Assembly: GCA_016432465.1 (NCBI GenBank)
Contig: CP066690.1
Coordinates: forward strand, 398,823 to 462,822
Source: Candidatus Sungiibacteriota bacterium
GTDB lineage: Bacteria; Patescibacteriota; Minisyncoccia; Sungbacterales; HO2-52-23
Direction: 5' to 3'
Length of the DNA: 64,000 nucleotides
The notes under the pieces were generated by a model. It saw only the letters and a list, made by a program, of their open reading frames with translations, was not told where the DNA came from and ran no database searches. Shown here piece by piece: positions 44,492 to 54,645 of this stretch. The number at the start of each line of letters is the position of its first letter. Positions within the stretch are counted from its first letter, which is position 1. Made by a program: the position numbers and the translations under genes.

Positions 44492-45718
44492 TCAGTTTTT
44501 GGATTCAAATAGTTCTATCTCTCTGGGTTGTTGAGCACCAAACTCTTTAATAACCCCGCGCGCTGATTCTAATACTGCAGCTTTTATTCTAACGGCATCG
44601 GTTGTGACATTGGTTAGGCCGGAATCTCGCGGCCAGAGAATACCGATATTTACGCCTTTTTGCTTTTGTATAAACTCAAGCGATTTCCTAATTTGTTCTT
44701 TGATTCGTAAGAATTTTTCTACTGTTCCTAATGAAGCTGCTGGGATGACTTTGGAAGCTCCTTCGATAAGCTCCGATACGAGATATTCGCCGGGGGTCGT
44801 TTCAAATGCGTCCATTCGGTCAAAGGGTGTATTTGGTAAAATTAATATATCTGTCGGTTGAAATTGTTCAATCACTTTTTCAACCGGCATAGGATCAAAG
44901 GCTCCGTCAACATATCGTCCGTCATTCACCTCAACCGCTTTTCGATAAGCAATCGGGGCAGCCATAGAGGCATGAAACGGGCTTATCATATCGGGTGTAG
45001 CTGTTTTTACATCTATGAATTTCGATTTGAATGTCTTGGGATCAGTAACACCGACATAGAGTTCTTGCGGCGAATCCATAATCGCTTTTTGGTCAAGAGT
45101 TTTTGGACCGTGGCGCATTGCCTTGGCGATAAAATCGACGTTCATAATCTGATGTAAGCGCCTGAAATCAATAAAATCTTTTGTGGTGCACTCTTCATAA
45201 AAAAGAGAGGTTCCAATTTGTGCTTGCTCTTTCCCCGCTGAAAAATAGGCGGCTGTGCCGGCTCCGGCAGAAATACCCACTACAACATCAAATGCTCTAC
45301 CCAAACCAACTTCGTGCAATCCCAAGGCCTGTCCAGCGCTATAAGGACCCTTCATGCCTCCTCCTAGTATTAGGAGAACAAACTTTCGTGGCCTTTCTTC
45401 TTTACCGTCCCGTCTTTGGATAAGATGATCTAAAACCGACCTTAGATTTCTCTCCCAGGCTTGAAACTCTTCGGTTCTCCTCCGTTCAAAATCAGCATTA
45501 TCTCGCAGGGCCTCCTCGTGTGCAAAGTCCATTGCCGTCATTTGCGCTTTCCATCCGATTCCGCGTCTCCAGTCCATAACTTTTTGCAGCAGCCCCCGTT
45601 CATTAAACTCCTTTGCCATTTTCTCAAATCGCTGTTGATGAAATTCAAATTCTGCCGGAATCTCCTCGGCGGAGCCAGCTGTCTCCCTTTTTATATTATT
45701 TGGTGGGCCTTCTTTCAT
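44492..45718 (-). CDS. Patatin-like phospholipase family protein
   Basis: Oxyanion motif GGGMKG and a GxSxG motif (GISAGA), plus a downstream DGA/DGG-type region. Confidence 0.75.
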   Translation of the reverse strand: MKEGPPNNIKRETAGSAEEIPAEFEFHQQRFEKMAKEFNERGLLQKVMDWRRGIGWKAQMTAMDFAHEEALRDNADFERRRTEEFQAWERNLRSVLDHLIQRRDGKEERPRKFVLLILGGGMKGPYSAGQALGLHEVGLGRAFDVVVGISAGAGTAAYFSAGKEQAQIGTSLFYEECTTKDFIDFRRLHQIMNVDFIAKAMRHGPKTLDQKAIMDSPQELYVGVTDPKTFKSKFIDVKTATPDMISPFHASMAAPIAYRKAVEVNDGRYVDGAFDPMPVEKVIEQFQPTDILILPNTPFDRMDAFETTPGEYLVSELIEGASKVIPAASLGTVEKFLRIKEQIRKSLEFIQKQKGVNIGILWPRDSGLTNVTTDAVRIKAAVLESARGVIKEFGAQQPREIELFESKN

Positions 45719-45973
45719 AAAAAATGAAATAACTTGGCAAAATCTGGTACAAGTTGATCTATGGGATATTCTAAACTTTGCGCGAAATTTCTTTGAGCGA
45801 AACTGACCGCCTCCGCTTCCTGCCTGCGCCGAGGCTTCGGCGGGCAGGCGCTCCGGCGGGACGCTCCGCCTTCGTTGAAACTTCGGCGGACAGGTCGGGT
45901 GCGGCGGAATTCCTCCCTCACCTCGCCCTTGCGCCGCGCCCTCGCGAGAGGCCAGAATTTTTTCGCCGCCAAA

Positions 45974-47593
45974 TCAGATAATTTCAGCTTCTTTCAAAAC
46001 CTGTCTGACGCTTTTATTATAGTTATGAATTTTCTCCAAAGCTAGTCTCGCTTGTTTCTTACTGATAAATCCTACTGTAACTTCGCGCGCCAGACGCGTA
46101 GCGTCTGGATGAAAACCAAGCATTCGTCTTGCTTTATTTTCTGCCGCTTTTGCAAATAGACAAGAGTTTGCATTTGATTCAATCAACCTTTCGCCTCGTG
46201 GAATTTTCCACCCTAATTTTCTTAAAATCTTTCCCGTATCTTTAATTTTTCTTTGCAAAAGAAACGGCAGATGAACGATATAGACAGGCGGCTTGTTTTT
46301 GAATGGCTGTAATTTCCGAATCGCCGAAAAAACAAACTTTTTCGACTCACTATCTTGGCTTAATCCGGCCCACTCATTAATTCCGAGAATAATTACATTC
46401 ACCCCATGTTTTTGGGCTTCCCCGTAGTAGGCACGAACAATAAGCCGCCTGCATAGTTGGCAAGTTCTCACAAACGGGATTGTATGCTGGCATTTGATTG
46501 AATAGTGTCTTCTACCTTCCACATACCATTTTCTGAATTTCTCTTTCAGTTCTAAAGAATCATGCTCGGCATATAAATCTGCCGTTTTTTTAAAACAAGC
46601 ACGATCAACTGGACGCATATACTTTCTCGCATCTATTTTTTCATAATCAACACTCAATCTCTTTGCAACTTGTTTTGCTCTTGGGAAAATGTGCTTAGGG
46701 TAATAATGAGTGTCTAAGGAAAAAGCGAGAGGGGTAAAGCCCATGCTCTTAGTTTCATAGAGGGTTGCCGTGCTGTCCTTTCCGCCAGATATACCGACCA
46801 TTGCGTCATACTTACCCTTACCTGAATTTTTGAGCGAAAGTAAAAATTTCAACTCCTTTAGTAATGGAGTTTTGCTAAAATTTTTCACATATCGTTCGCA
46901 TACATCGCATAAACCAGATTTCCCGATAGTGTTGGATAAATTAGTGCTGGTATTCACACATTTTTTACACTCAACTACCTCGACTAACGCTCTAATTTGA
47001 GCAACAATTTCTTTTTGTTTAGTCACCGCTGTATTGAAAGATAGGTGAGCAATTTTTTCAACCTTGTTCGTTGAAAAAAGCCGCTCCTCAATTTGCCGCT
47101 CTTTTTCGGCATCCTTTTGTGAAAAACTTTCTCGTTTTGAAACACGCGCTGAAAGATGTTTATCGGGAGTTTTCAAATAGACAACAAGGTATCCATTCTT
47201 TTTGAAAAAAGTTGAGTTTCGGTAACCTCTAATTCCTGCAATAACAATAAATTTTCCAGGAAATCTTTCTTGATGGATATTGATTATTGTTTTCGCAATA
47301 ACCGCCGAGGAATAGCGGTTTTTGAGATAACTGAAAAAATTACGCGCCTTTTCGCGAGAAATCTTCTTATCAATTTTTGTCCCAAAAATTTTATTGATTT
47401 GTTGGATAAAACCATTTTCGTTTTCTGGCAATCTTTCTTTAATGGAAGCGGCAGGGTTGATAACTGTATCAAACGCTTCAATGTGTTTTGCTCTAGGAAA
47501 AGAAATCAAGAATAATTTGGCTATGGTCGTCTTGCCGCTTCCGGGGGCTCCGAAAACCGCTATTCCTTTGTATTTCATTTTTTGTCTTGTCAT
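45974..47593 (-). CDS. Fusion protein: N-terminal P-loop kinase-like domain, zinc ribbon, and C-terminal PP-loop ATPase of the TtcA/TtuA tRNA-thiolase type
   Basis: Walker A GAPGSGKTT, a CxxC...CxxC ribbon, the PP-loop GISGGKDS and the TtcA-like Cys motif RTCQLCRRL. Confidence 0.6.
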   Translation of the reverse strand: MTRQKMKYKGIAVFGAPGSGKTTIAKLFLISFPRAKHIEAFDTVINPAASIKERLPENENGFIQQINKIFGTKIDKKISREKARNFFSYLKNRYSSAVIAKTIINIHQERFPGKFIVIAGIRGYRNSTFFKKNGYLVVYLKTPDKHLSARVSKRESFSQKDAEKERQIEERLFSTNKVEKIAHLSFNTAVTKQKEIVAQIRALVEVVECKKCVNTSTNLSNTIGKSGLCDVCERYVKNFSKTPLLKELKFLLSLKNSGKGKYDAMVGISGGKDSTATLYETKSMGFTPLAFSLDTHYYPKHIFPRAKQVAKRLSVDYEKIDARKYMRPVDRACFKKTADLYAEHDSLELKEKFRKWYVEGRRHYSIKCQHTIPFVRTCQLCRRLIVRAYYGEAQKHGVNVIILGINEWAGLSQDSESKKFVFSAIRKLQPFKNKPPVYIVHLPFLLQRKIKDTGKILRKLGWKIPRGERLIESNANSCLFAKAAENKARRMLGFHPDATRLAREVTVGFISKKQARLALEKIHNYNKSVRQVLKEAEII

Positions 47594-48015
47594 AAAAAAT
47601 CACGTTGCAGAATTATTTTTGCTTTTCGTAACGCCTTTCCACGATGGCTTACTTTATTCTTTTCTTCCATCGTCATTTGAGCATTTGTTTTGTTAAGTTC
47701 CTCGTTGTAAAAAATTGGGTCATATCCGAAGCCGTTGTTGCCTATCGGTTCTAACGCGATTCTCCCTTCATAAATACCCTCACACGTTCTTACTTTGTCA
47801 TTGCTAGGATCATAAATTGCTATAGTCGCCCTAAAACGCGCTGTGCGTTTTTCCTCTGATACATTTTGAAGTTCGCTCAGCAATTTCCGATATCTATCCT
47901 CGTCTGTGCCCGGTGCGTACCTTGCGGTATATACGCCAGGCCTTCCATTCAGTATGTCAACTTCTAGGCCAGCATCTTCCGCAAGCGTTAGCAGAGGCGG
48001 ATCTGCCTTAGGCAC
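47590..48015 (-). CDS. RdgB/Ham1-family non-canonical NTP pyrophosphatase, N-terminally truncated
   Basis: AEDAGLEVDILNGRPGVYTARYA...FGYDPIF...SHRGKAL match the Ham1 middle and C-terminal motifs. Only 141 aa, with an in-frame stop 16 codons upstream of the GTG start. Confidence 0.6.
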   Translation of the reverse strand: MPKADPPLLTLAEDAGLEVDILNGRPGVYTARYAPGTDEDRYRKLLSELQNVSEEKRTARFRATIAIYDPSNDKVRTCEGIYEGRIALEPIGNNGFGYDPIFYNEELNKTNAQMTMEEKNKVSHRGKALRKAKIILQRDFL

Positions 48016-48126
48016 GACAAGTTTTTCTTTGGCGGCTATGCAGCCTCTTGGGTTAGTACTTCTTTAGTCTCGAGTTCCGGATAAGTTAAAATTATGAAAC
48101 CTTCGCCTTCTCCAAAAAATTCGACG

Positions 48127-48684
48127 TTAAATCCCATGTCTCCAAAAAAACTTTTCTATATCTTCTTTTGTCGCATCAGTAATTTCTTCGGCCGTAGAAA
48201 CTGGAACTCGACTATTTATCCAATCAATGATTATTTTGCCACCCGGAGCTATGACCCTTTTGTATTCTTCTACCATTTCGCGAGTAAGTTTACCGCCAGT
48301 TTTTTTAGTTATGTCTTCATCTGCGGCGTGGTATAACGCGCCTAATCGTTCGTATAAAACCTTAAAGAAGGCGGACTTAAATGGTAAATGATATGCATCA
48401 CTAGCAACTATATGAAAATTTAAATTCTTGTATTCATCTTGCGGCTTCTGTACGACAGATTTTCTATCTTTTGTTAGAGCAAAATCTGTCAAGAAAATTT
48501 CTGGATTATGAGATTTTTTTAGCGCACCAATAGCTTCGTCAAGATTTTTTAGAAATGCCCAGTCTTTCTTACCCGTGCTCACAGAAGACGCAAGAATTGA
48601 AATTTTTTCCTTTTGGATCATATCCAAAACTCCAGCCGATTCAAAAACCCTTAGCATTTCTTTGGCAAACTCCTCGGGACTCAA
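48127..48684 (-). CDS. SAM-dependent methyltransferase-like protein
   Basis: Class I MTase-like motifs FHIVASDAYHLPF and VIAPGGKIIID. Confidence 0.45.
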   Translation of the reverse strand: MSPEEFAKEMLRVFESAGVLDMIQKEKISILASSVSTGKKDWAFLKNLDEAIGALKKSHNPEIFLTDFALTKDRKSVVQKPQDEYKNLNFHIVASDAYHLPFKSAFFKVLYERLGALYHAADEDITKKTGGKLTREMVEEYKRVIAPGGKIIIDWINSRVPVSTAEEITDATKEDIEKFFWRHGI

Positions 48685-48916
48685 ATCATGTCTTTCGTCG
48701 GTCTCTGTGTATGGATATTCTCCGTAGTACTCTTGCCAAGATTCTTTGTAATTTTTTTCGCTCGTATGATTAAAGATTTTCTTTTCCCAAAATTAAAATA
48801 CAGTTCGAGCCGACCCCGAACAAATTTGCTTCACAAATTTAACGGGGCAAGTATTTTTACAGGTTCTTTGGCGGTTTTTATCAGCGCGGCGGAGCCGCGA
48901 TTTCGGAATTTCGCGA

Positions 48917-48987
48917 TGGACCCAGGGAGAATCGAACTCCCGCTTGCGCAATGCGAATGCGCCGTTATGCCACTTAACTATGGGCCC
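48917..48987 (-). tRNA. tRNA-Ala(CGC)
   Basis: On the minus strand: acceptor gggccca/tgggtcc with G3:U70, anticodon arm gcgca-ttCGCat-tgcgc, T arm gggagttcgattctccc. No CCA. Confidence 0.7.
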
Positions 48988-48989
48988 TA

Positions 48990-49844
48990 TCACAAATTTA
49001 ATTTATTCTCTAGCGCGATCTTTGGGTAGAGATCAGTAGGATAAATTTCAACCAATTTAATGCTTTGCTTCTTGCAGAAGTTTCTTTTTCTTCTAACCTC
49101 TCTGTCGTATCGCGGACTGTCTTTTAAAAGACCAAAATATTCAACGAAGGTATTTCCTATTACCCAATCCGCGCGGAAATTCGTATCAGGATATCTGGTT
49201 CCCTTTAAATGCACTATGCCCCGTTTAGTTAACCAATTATCAATTATTGCTTCAGAGATAGAATCACATAAGTGCCCGTCAGATGCTTTTGCATTCATTC
49301 TTTTATACATGCGGTGACCGTGAGACCGATGGGGTTTTAAACCAGCAGCTAGAATTGTATCATTCCAAGAACCAAAATGTTTCCTTCCAGCCTCTGAAAT
49401 ATTTCTTAACTCTCTCCTCACTGGTACTCTCTTAAGTTCTTTGTGGGCAAGGCGGATCAGTTTCAAGACTTCTTTAGCTGTAAATCGGGTCCTTGCCAAA
49501 TAACCGCATTTCCGTGAACAATATTTGCCGTCTCGTTTAAACGTATTTCCGCAGGATAAACATGCCGTAGGGAGTCTGATCCTCTTTGGAAACCTTCGAT
49601 TATTTACCTGAGCCGCACAGGATCGAGAACAATAGTTATGTGCTGAAATATCATTTGGCTGCCGAGTAAATTCCGTCATGCAGTTTCCACAATTTACTAT
49701 CCTTGCCTTTGTCTTATACTGAAATTCGCAACTTCGAGAGCAATAAAAATTATGCCCAAATTTTAAATTCTCGTTTATTCTACCCCGACTTCTATAAATC
49801 GGGTTAGAGCACTTATTACAAGAAACTTTATATAGCTTTTCCAT
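48990..49844 (-). CDS. Multi-zinc-ribbon protein with C-terminal DUF559/Vsr-like endonuclease-fold region
   Basis: At least five CxxC/CxxxC pairs in the N-terminal 130 aa. The C-terminus RADWVIGNTFVEYFG resembles PD-(D/E)xK Vsr/DUF559 proteins. Confidence 0.4.
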   Translation of the reverse strand: MEKLYKVSCNKCSNPIYRSRGRINENLKFGHNFYCSRSCEFQYKTKARIVNCGNCMTEFTRQPNDISAHNYCSRSCAAQVNNRRFPKRIRLPTACLSCGNTFKRDGKYCSRKCGYLARTRFTAKEVLKLIRLAHKELKRVPVRRELRNISEAGRKHFGSWNDTILAAGLKPHRSHGHRMYKRMNAKASDGHLCDSISEAIIDNWLTKRGIVHLKGTRYPDTNFRADWVIGNTFVEYFGLLKDSPRYDREVRRKRNFCKKQSIKLVEIYPTDLYPKIALENKLNL

Positions 49845-49985
49845 ACCTACAAATATACTCGGGATACCCGGATTTGCACCGGGGCTACTGACCCCCGAAG
49901 CCAGCGTGCTACTGTTACACCATATCCCGAAAATTTTGGCGGGGGGCGATGCATGTTGCCGCTACACTAATCCCCGACAACTAAG

Positions 49986-51131
49986 TTGACAACCATAATA
50001 ATAATATGTATTTTAGGTTCAGTAAAGCGCGTAGGGGGTCCTTTGAAAAAAATAATCCGTTTTACTCCCGGACCAACAGAAACACCGAATTGGGTATATC
50101 GTGCCATGCAGGATCATTCTATGCACCATTTCTCTAAAGAATACCAAAAATGCGCCGAAGAGGTACGAGAAAAACTAAGAAAACTTTTTGGCGCGCCCAA
50201 CGCCGAAGTTCTTTTCTTTTCGGCTGCCGGAAGCAACATGATGGAGGCAGTGCTTACCAACTTTTTGGAGCGCATAAATGACGTGGTTGGCGTCATCAAC
50301 ACCGGCAGCTTTGCAGATCGTTGGCGCACTATGGCTACACAACATAATGCAGAAATATTCGAATATAAAAAATTATGGGGACTGACCTACTCATATTCCG
50401 ATTTGGAACTTCTGCTTGATGTTCTGGCCGCACGTCCCAAACTTTTACTGGCGCAGGCGGCTGACACCTCAACGGGTATTCGTAACGATCTGAAAATTTT
50501 GGGCAGGCTGGCAAGAGCCCGTTCCCCCGCAACACTATTTGCGGTGGATGCGGTGCTTGAGGGCGGCATATCCAAAATTAAAATGGACGAAGACGATATT
50601 GACATTCTGATTGGGGCAAGCCAAAAAGCATTTGCGCTTCCTCCGGGGCTTGCTTACATTCTTTTGAACCCCCGCGCCCGGAAGGTACTGATGGAAAAGC
50701 CCCTTGGGTTTCCTGCTTGGCCGTTTAACTTCCAGCAAGAATTAAAATTTTTGAAAGAATGCGGGCGACCACGTTTTACCCCACCCATTGATCACGTTGC
50801 TGGACTCAATGCGGTCCTTGATTATATTCTGGAACGGGAAAGCAACTGGTATCTGCAACACAAGCTCCGTGCCGCAACATTACGCAGAGAACTGGTTCAG
50901 TTGGGGTTCGCGCTCTTTACGGCTGATACGCCGACCAACGGACTTAGTGTTTTAAGTGTTCCGGGTGATCAAAATTCCCAAGAAATTGCTGCGCAAGTTC
51001 TCCGGGAAGGATATCTCATAGCCCAGGGCCTTGGTCCGATTGAAAATTCCACTATCCGTATCGCCCACTTTGAAGGGACAAGAGAATATGACGAGGGATT
51101 GCTTACTGCTTTTAGGAAAATCTTGCGGTAA
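49986..51131 (+). CDS. Class V aminotransferase (serine-pyruvate / phosphoserine aminotransferase-like)
   Basis: IRFTPGPTETP...FFSAAGSNMMEAVLTNF. The true start is probably downstream of the hydrophobic MTTIIIICIL. Confidence 0.65.
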   Translation: MTTIIIICILGSVKRVGGPLKKIIRFTPGPTETPNWVYRAMQDHSMHHFSKEYQKCAEEVREKLRKLFGAPNAEVLFFSAAGSNMMEAVLTNFLERINDVVGVINTGSFADRWRTMATQHNAEIFEYKKLWGLTYSYSDLELLLDVLAARPKLLLAQAADTSTGIRNDLKILGRLARARSPATLFAVDAVLEGGISKIKMDEDDIDILIGASQKAFALPPGLAYILLNPRARKVLMEKPLGFPAWPFNFQQELKFLKECGRPRFTPPIDHVAGLNAVLDYILERESNWYLQHKLRAATLRRELVQLGFALFTADTPTNGLSVLSVPGDQNSQEIAAQVLREGYLIAQGLGPIENSTIRIAHFEGTREYDEGLLTAFRKILR

Positions 51132-51166
51132 TCTCTATTCCGCCATCAAATTGTGGCGGATTTATT

Positions 51167-53047
51167 TTACACGGGTTTAGGATAAATAATGGGCTCTATC
51201 TTGGCGCGGGTTGAAATAATGAGCCTGCGAATCTCGCGTACAAAACCAGCACCGGTACTTTTGGGTTCTGCCTCTGCCTCATCAAGTAATTGGGCAAGTT
51301 TATAAAAGGGGCTGTTTTCCACATTCTCGGCCAATTCCAGTTCCCGGGTAGACCAAATATCGTCTGGTTCCTGCAAACCAAACTTAGTAAAAATGTCTTT
51401 TGACTTATCAGAAAAAATGTGCCAAATATCAGTCAGCTTTATACGCACTTCTTGTTTTTGTCCGACATTCAATGGGTCATTTCTTTTTAATTCCTGACAT
51501 GATTTTAATGCCGCGCCCAAAAGATATGCGCTCTTTAAGAGCCGATCAAGTCCGGTAAGACTTTGCAATTGAAATGTGCGAATCTCAATTCCCAGTGTGG
51601 CCCCAAGTTCAAGTTCATAACCCAGGCGTTCCTTAACCCCCCCCCGCCCATTAATAGTCCAGCCCGGATACTTGGAAAGATAGGGCCTAAGCAGACGTTT
51701 ACCCCTTGTGCTCCAAGCGCTGGCCTCAAGAACACGAGCAAGAAGGTAGGCGTTTCCCCCGCCTTCCACTTCCACTCCGCCAATAGTAAGGTGCATAGCA
51801 TGTCGCTGGTCTTCACGGTTTATAAGGTCCATGGCAATCAACGCCTGAACTTCTTTGGAGAGCGTAAAATAATTTCTTACGGGCTTGTGCGCAAACTCCC
51901 AAAATCCATCGCCTCCTCTGGGAACTCCCAATTTTTCAACCCCATGATACGGTTGCCGCTTCTCCTCAATAATTTGTTCTCGCTTTCTCATCCACTCCTC
52001 TTGTTCGTACCATTCCCACCCAGAAAATCCCTGCGGCTTTCTTGCGAGTTCTGGTGGAAGCACAGAATGAGCACGAATCTCAATTTCAATTCCCAGTGTC
52101 GGCGCATAGGGTGACGGATTTTCCTCGCGATATTCCAGCCAGTGACGTCGCAAAAATTTCGTATCATCTTTTTCCGGCTCCTCCTTTATTTTTTTTTCTT
52201 TTCGTGCCTCGTGGCGAAGACGCCTTACTACTTCTAGTCTGCTCTCTACTTCCTGAATATTGCCCTCGGCGTAGAAGTCGCTAATAACACGATCTGTAGC
52301 TTCCGGTGCGTATTCTGGCCCTGCGTACAGTGATCTTGGATTTTCTATAAAGAAGTTTTCTAGCTCGCGTTCAAGGCGTCTCGGGTTAAGCTCCTGCCAG
52401 TAATATTCAATGGTCGCTGGGCCAAAAGAAAATGGTTCCTGGTTATTTTCTTGCAAAAATTCATTTATTTTTGAGATGGCGACAACAAACTTGTCAATAT
52501 CCCGGGCTCGCATCCTTATTGCCATAAGGACCCTAAAAATATCTTGAAGGTCATAGATGTACCAAAAATCTGACTCTGGGAAATAGGGAGATTCTGATTT
52601 CTCTTTCCTGACAAAAGTGGTCAAATCGTCAATTGTCTCCTCTGTCCCAATTCTCTGCAGAATTTCAAAGATGGCTATCTTTTTTGACCTATCGGGTTCC
52701 CGGACTATTTTGTCCTTTGTTAAAACTTTGCTTATTCTTTTCGCCTCGTTAGGGGTCGCGCAGAAGAAGAGCCAGTTTAACTCACAATACAGCCGGCGGC
52801 TCGCGACCGGATCTTCAGAAACCAGATCCCTTTCAATCATTTCCAATATGTATTGGGCCGCCCTTCTTCCCTCAACGCGCAACCGGCGTCTTAACTCAAT
52901 AACACCGCCATCCCAAAAGATTTTAAGGGATTTATCACCTATATCCTCTATTAGTTCTTGAAGTCTGGTTTTGTCCTCCGGTGTAATAACAATCTCCCCA
53001 GACTCTTCGTCTTGGGTTTCCGGTTGTAGTTGTTCACGAATGGGCAT
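51167..53047 (-). CDS. Large hypothetical protein with repeated LGIEIE/LGIEIR motifs
   Basis: 626-aa ORF; TLGIEIEIRAH and ATLGIEIRTFQ are reminiscent of GxExE Mg-binding strands. Confidence 0.4.
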   Translation of the reverse strand: MPIREQLQPETQDEESGEIVITPEDKTRLQELIEDIGDKSLKIFWDGGVIELRRRLRVEGRRAAQYILEMIERDLVSEDPVASRRLYCELNWLFFCATPNEAKRISKVLTKDKIVREPDRSKKIAIFEILQRIGTEETIDDLTTFVRKEKSESPYFPESDFWYIYDLQDIFRVLMAIRMRARDIDKFVVAISKINEFLQENNQEPFSFGPATIEYYWQELNPRRLERELENFFIENPRSLYAGPEYAPEATDRVISDFYAEGNIQEVESRLEVVRRLRHEARKEKKIKEEPEKDDTKFLRRHWLEYREENPSPYAPTLGIEIEIRAHSVLPPELARKPQGFSGWEWYEQEEWMRKREQIIEEKRQPYHGVEKLGVPRGGDGFWEFAHKPVRNYFTLSKEVQALIAMDLINREDQRHAMHLTIGGVEVEGGGNAYLLARVLEASAWSTRGKRLLRPYLSKYPGWTINGRGGVKERLGYELELGATLGIEIRTFQLQSLTGLDRLLKSAYLLGAALKSCQELKRNDPLNVGQKQEVRIKLTDIWHIFSDKSKDIFTKFGLQEPDDIWSTRELELAENVENSPFYKLAQLLDEAEAEPKSTGAGFVREIRRLIISTRAKIEPIIYPKPV

Positions 53048-53067
53048 GGTTGATTAGTCCTAAACTA

Positions 53068-54645
53068 TTATTTAACATAATATTTTGCCTTGATCCCCGA
53101 AATTCTTTCGTCTTCGGTCATCTCCACCTTAGTTTCTGCCACCTCGGCGATCTTTACAAGCTCCTCATCCGAAAGCTTGCCGAGTTCTTGAATACGCGCC
53201 TCAAGTTTTTCTTTGGTGTTTTTTGTTGGTTCGTCAATAACTTCCTGCAGCAAAACTTCAAGCACGTGTCCTACTTTCGGCCCCGGAGAAATTTCTAAAA
53301 TCCTCATAACATCCTCGCCGTTTACTTTAAGCATTTTGGGCGTTGGCGCCTCTTCCTCCCGCAAAATTTTCTCAACACGAAACTGAAAGTGGCGCAGACG
53401 ATAGGGAACGGCTTTAGGCACACCCATACCCATCCGGTCACAAATCCGCACTTTAACTAAATCCTCCATATTTTCTGCGCCCACGTGACGTATAAGTCTC
53501 CGAACCGATGAATCAGTAATTCCTTCGTCCGGATCGTACTTAAAAAGATGCCAGCGAATGAGTTTGGCAATTTTCTCAATAGCGGCGTGTGGAAAATGGA
53601 GCCGCCCTAAAATCGCAGTGGCCATTTTTGCGCCCACCACATCATGCCCGTAAAAAGTCCATTCGTTATTTTTCATCGGACCTTTGGTGGCCGGCTTTCC
53701 AACGTCGTGCAGAAGCGCGGCAATCCGAACATCAAGCGGAAACTTGGATTTAGCGCCGTACTCCAACGCCTTCAGGTTGTGTTCCCAGATTGTAAAAATT
53801 TTTGGCCGGTTTTCTACGCCGATTCCTTCTTCAACTTCAGACAAAAAGTGCTTAAGAAGACCAAGCTCGTGCAGCAACTCAACCCCTTCTTTGGCTTGGG
53901 GCGTCCCAAGAATTTTTATAAACTCGTCCCGAATGCGCTCTTTGGCAATAAAGGTTAGGCTGCCGGCGTTATGTAAAATTGCCTCGCGCGTTTTCTCTTC
54001 AATTTCCCAGCCAGAGACTGGTCCGCCTTGGGCGGAAAGCTCCACAGCAAATCGCACTGCCCTTATCATGCGCAGAGCGTCTTCCTCAAATCTTTTTTCC
54101 GGATCGCCCACGGCGCGGATCAATTTTTTTTCTAAATCTTTTTGTCCTTCATGGGGATCAACCAGACTTAAATCAAGCGCCATGGCAATCGCATTTATGG
54201 TAAAATCGCGCCGCGATAAATCCTCTTCCAGCGTTTCGGCAAATCTTACCGAGTCGGGGTGTCTCTTGTCGGTATACTTCCCTTCAGCGCGAAAAGTGGT
54301 AATTTCAATTTCTTGAAGAGTCTGGTCTTTAGATTCTGTTCTTACGGTTACCGTGAGAAACTTATTTTCGTAAAAAGCTCCGGCCCCGACGTCGGGAGTC
54401 GGGGTCCCGACTTCTTTACCCACTTCAAGAATGGGGCGTCGGGAAAAAAGTTTCAAAATTTCTTCGGGTTTGGCCGAAGTAGTTACATCCCAATCTTTGG
54501 GCTTCTCGCCCCTTAATAAATCCCGTACGCATCCACCAACAATAAACGCTTGGTGGCCAGCGTTTTGTAGGGCACTGATTATGCTATGTACCTCTTGAGG
54601 AATTTCTATGTTTTTACGTTTCATCCTTAGTTGATAATACCCCAA
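53068..54645 (-). CDS. cca: CCA-adding enzyme (tRNA nucleotidyltransferase) with HD domain
   Basis: Pol-beta head AFIVGGCVRDLLRGEKPKDWDVTT and HD motif LLHDVGK. The start may be the internal Met 7 codons downstream. Confidence 0.8.
   Translation of the reverse strand: MGYYQLRMKRKNIEIPQEVHSIISALQNAGHQAFIVGGCVRDLLRGEKPKDWDVTTSAKPEEILKLFSRRPILEVGKEVGTPTPDVGAGAFYENKFLTVTVRTESKDQTLQEIEITTFRAEGKYTDKRHPDSVRFAETLEEDLSRRDFTINAIAMALDLSLVDPHEGQKDLEKKLIRAVGDPEKRFEEDALRMIRAVRFAVELSAQGGPVSGWEIEEKTREAILHNAGSLTFIAKERIRDEFIKILGTPQAKEGVELLHELGLLKHFLSEVEEGIGVENRPKIFTIWEHNLKALEYGAKSKFPLDVRIAALLHDVGKPATKGPMKNNEWTFYGHDVVGAKMATAILGRLHFPHAAIEKIAKLIRWHLFKYDPDEGITDSSVRRLIRHVGAENMEDLVKVRICDRMGMGVPKAVPYRLRHFQFRVEKILREEEAPTPKMLKVNGEDVMRILEISPGPKVGHVLEVLLQEVIDEPTKNTKEKLEARIQELGKLSDEELVKIAEVAETKVEMTEDERISGIKAKYYVK

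Noticed and set aside
48688-49029. ORFs 48688..49029 (+) and 48793..48993 (-)
   Set aside because: They overlap a well-formed minus-strand tRNA-Ala(CGC) and its flanks.
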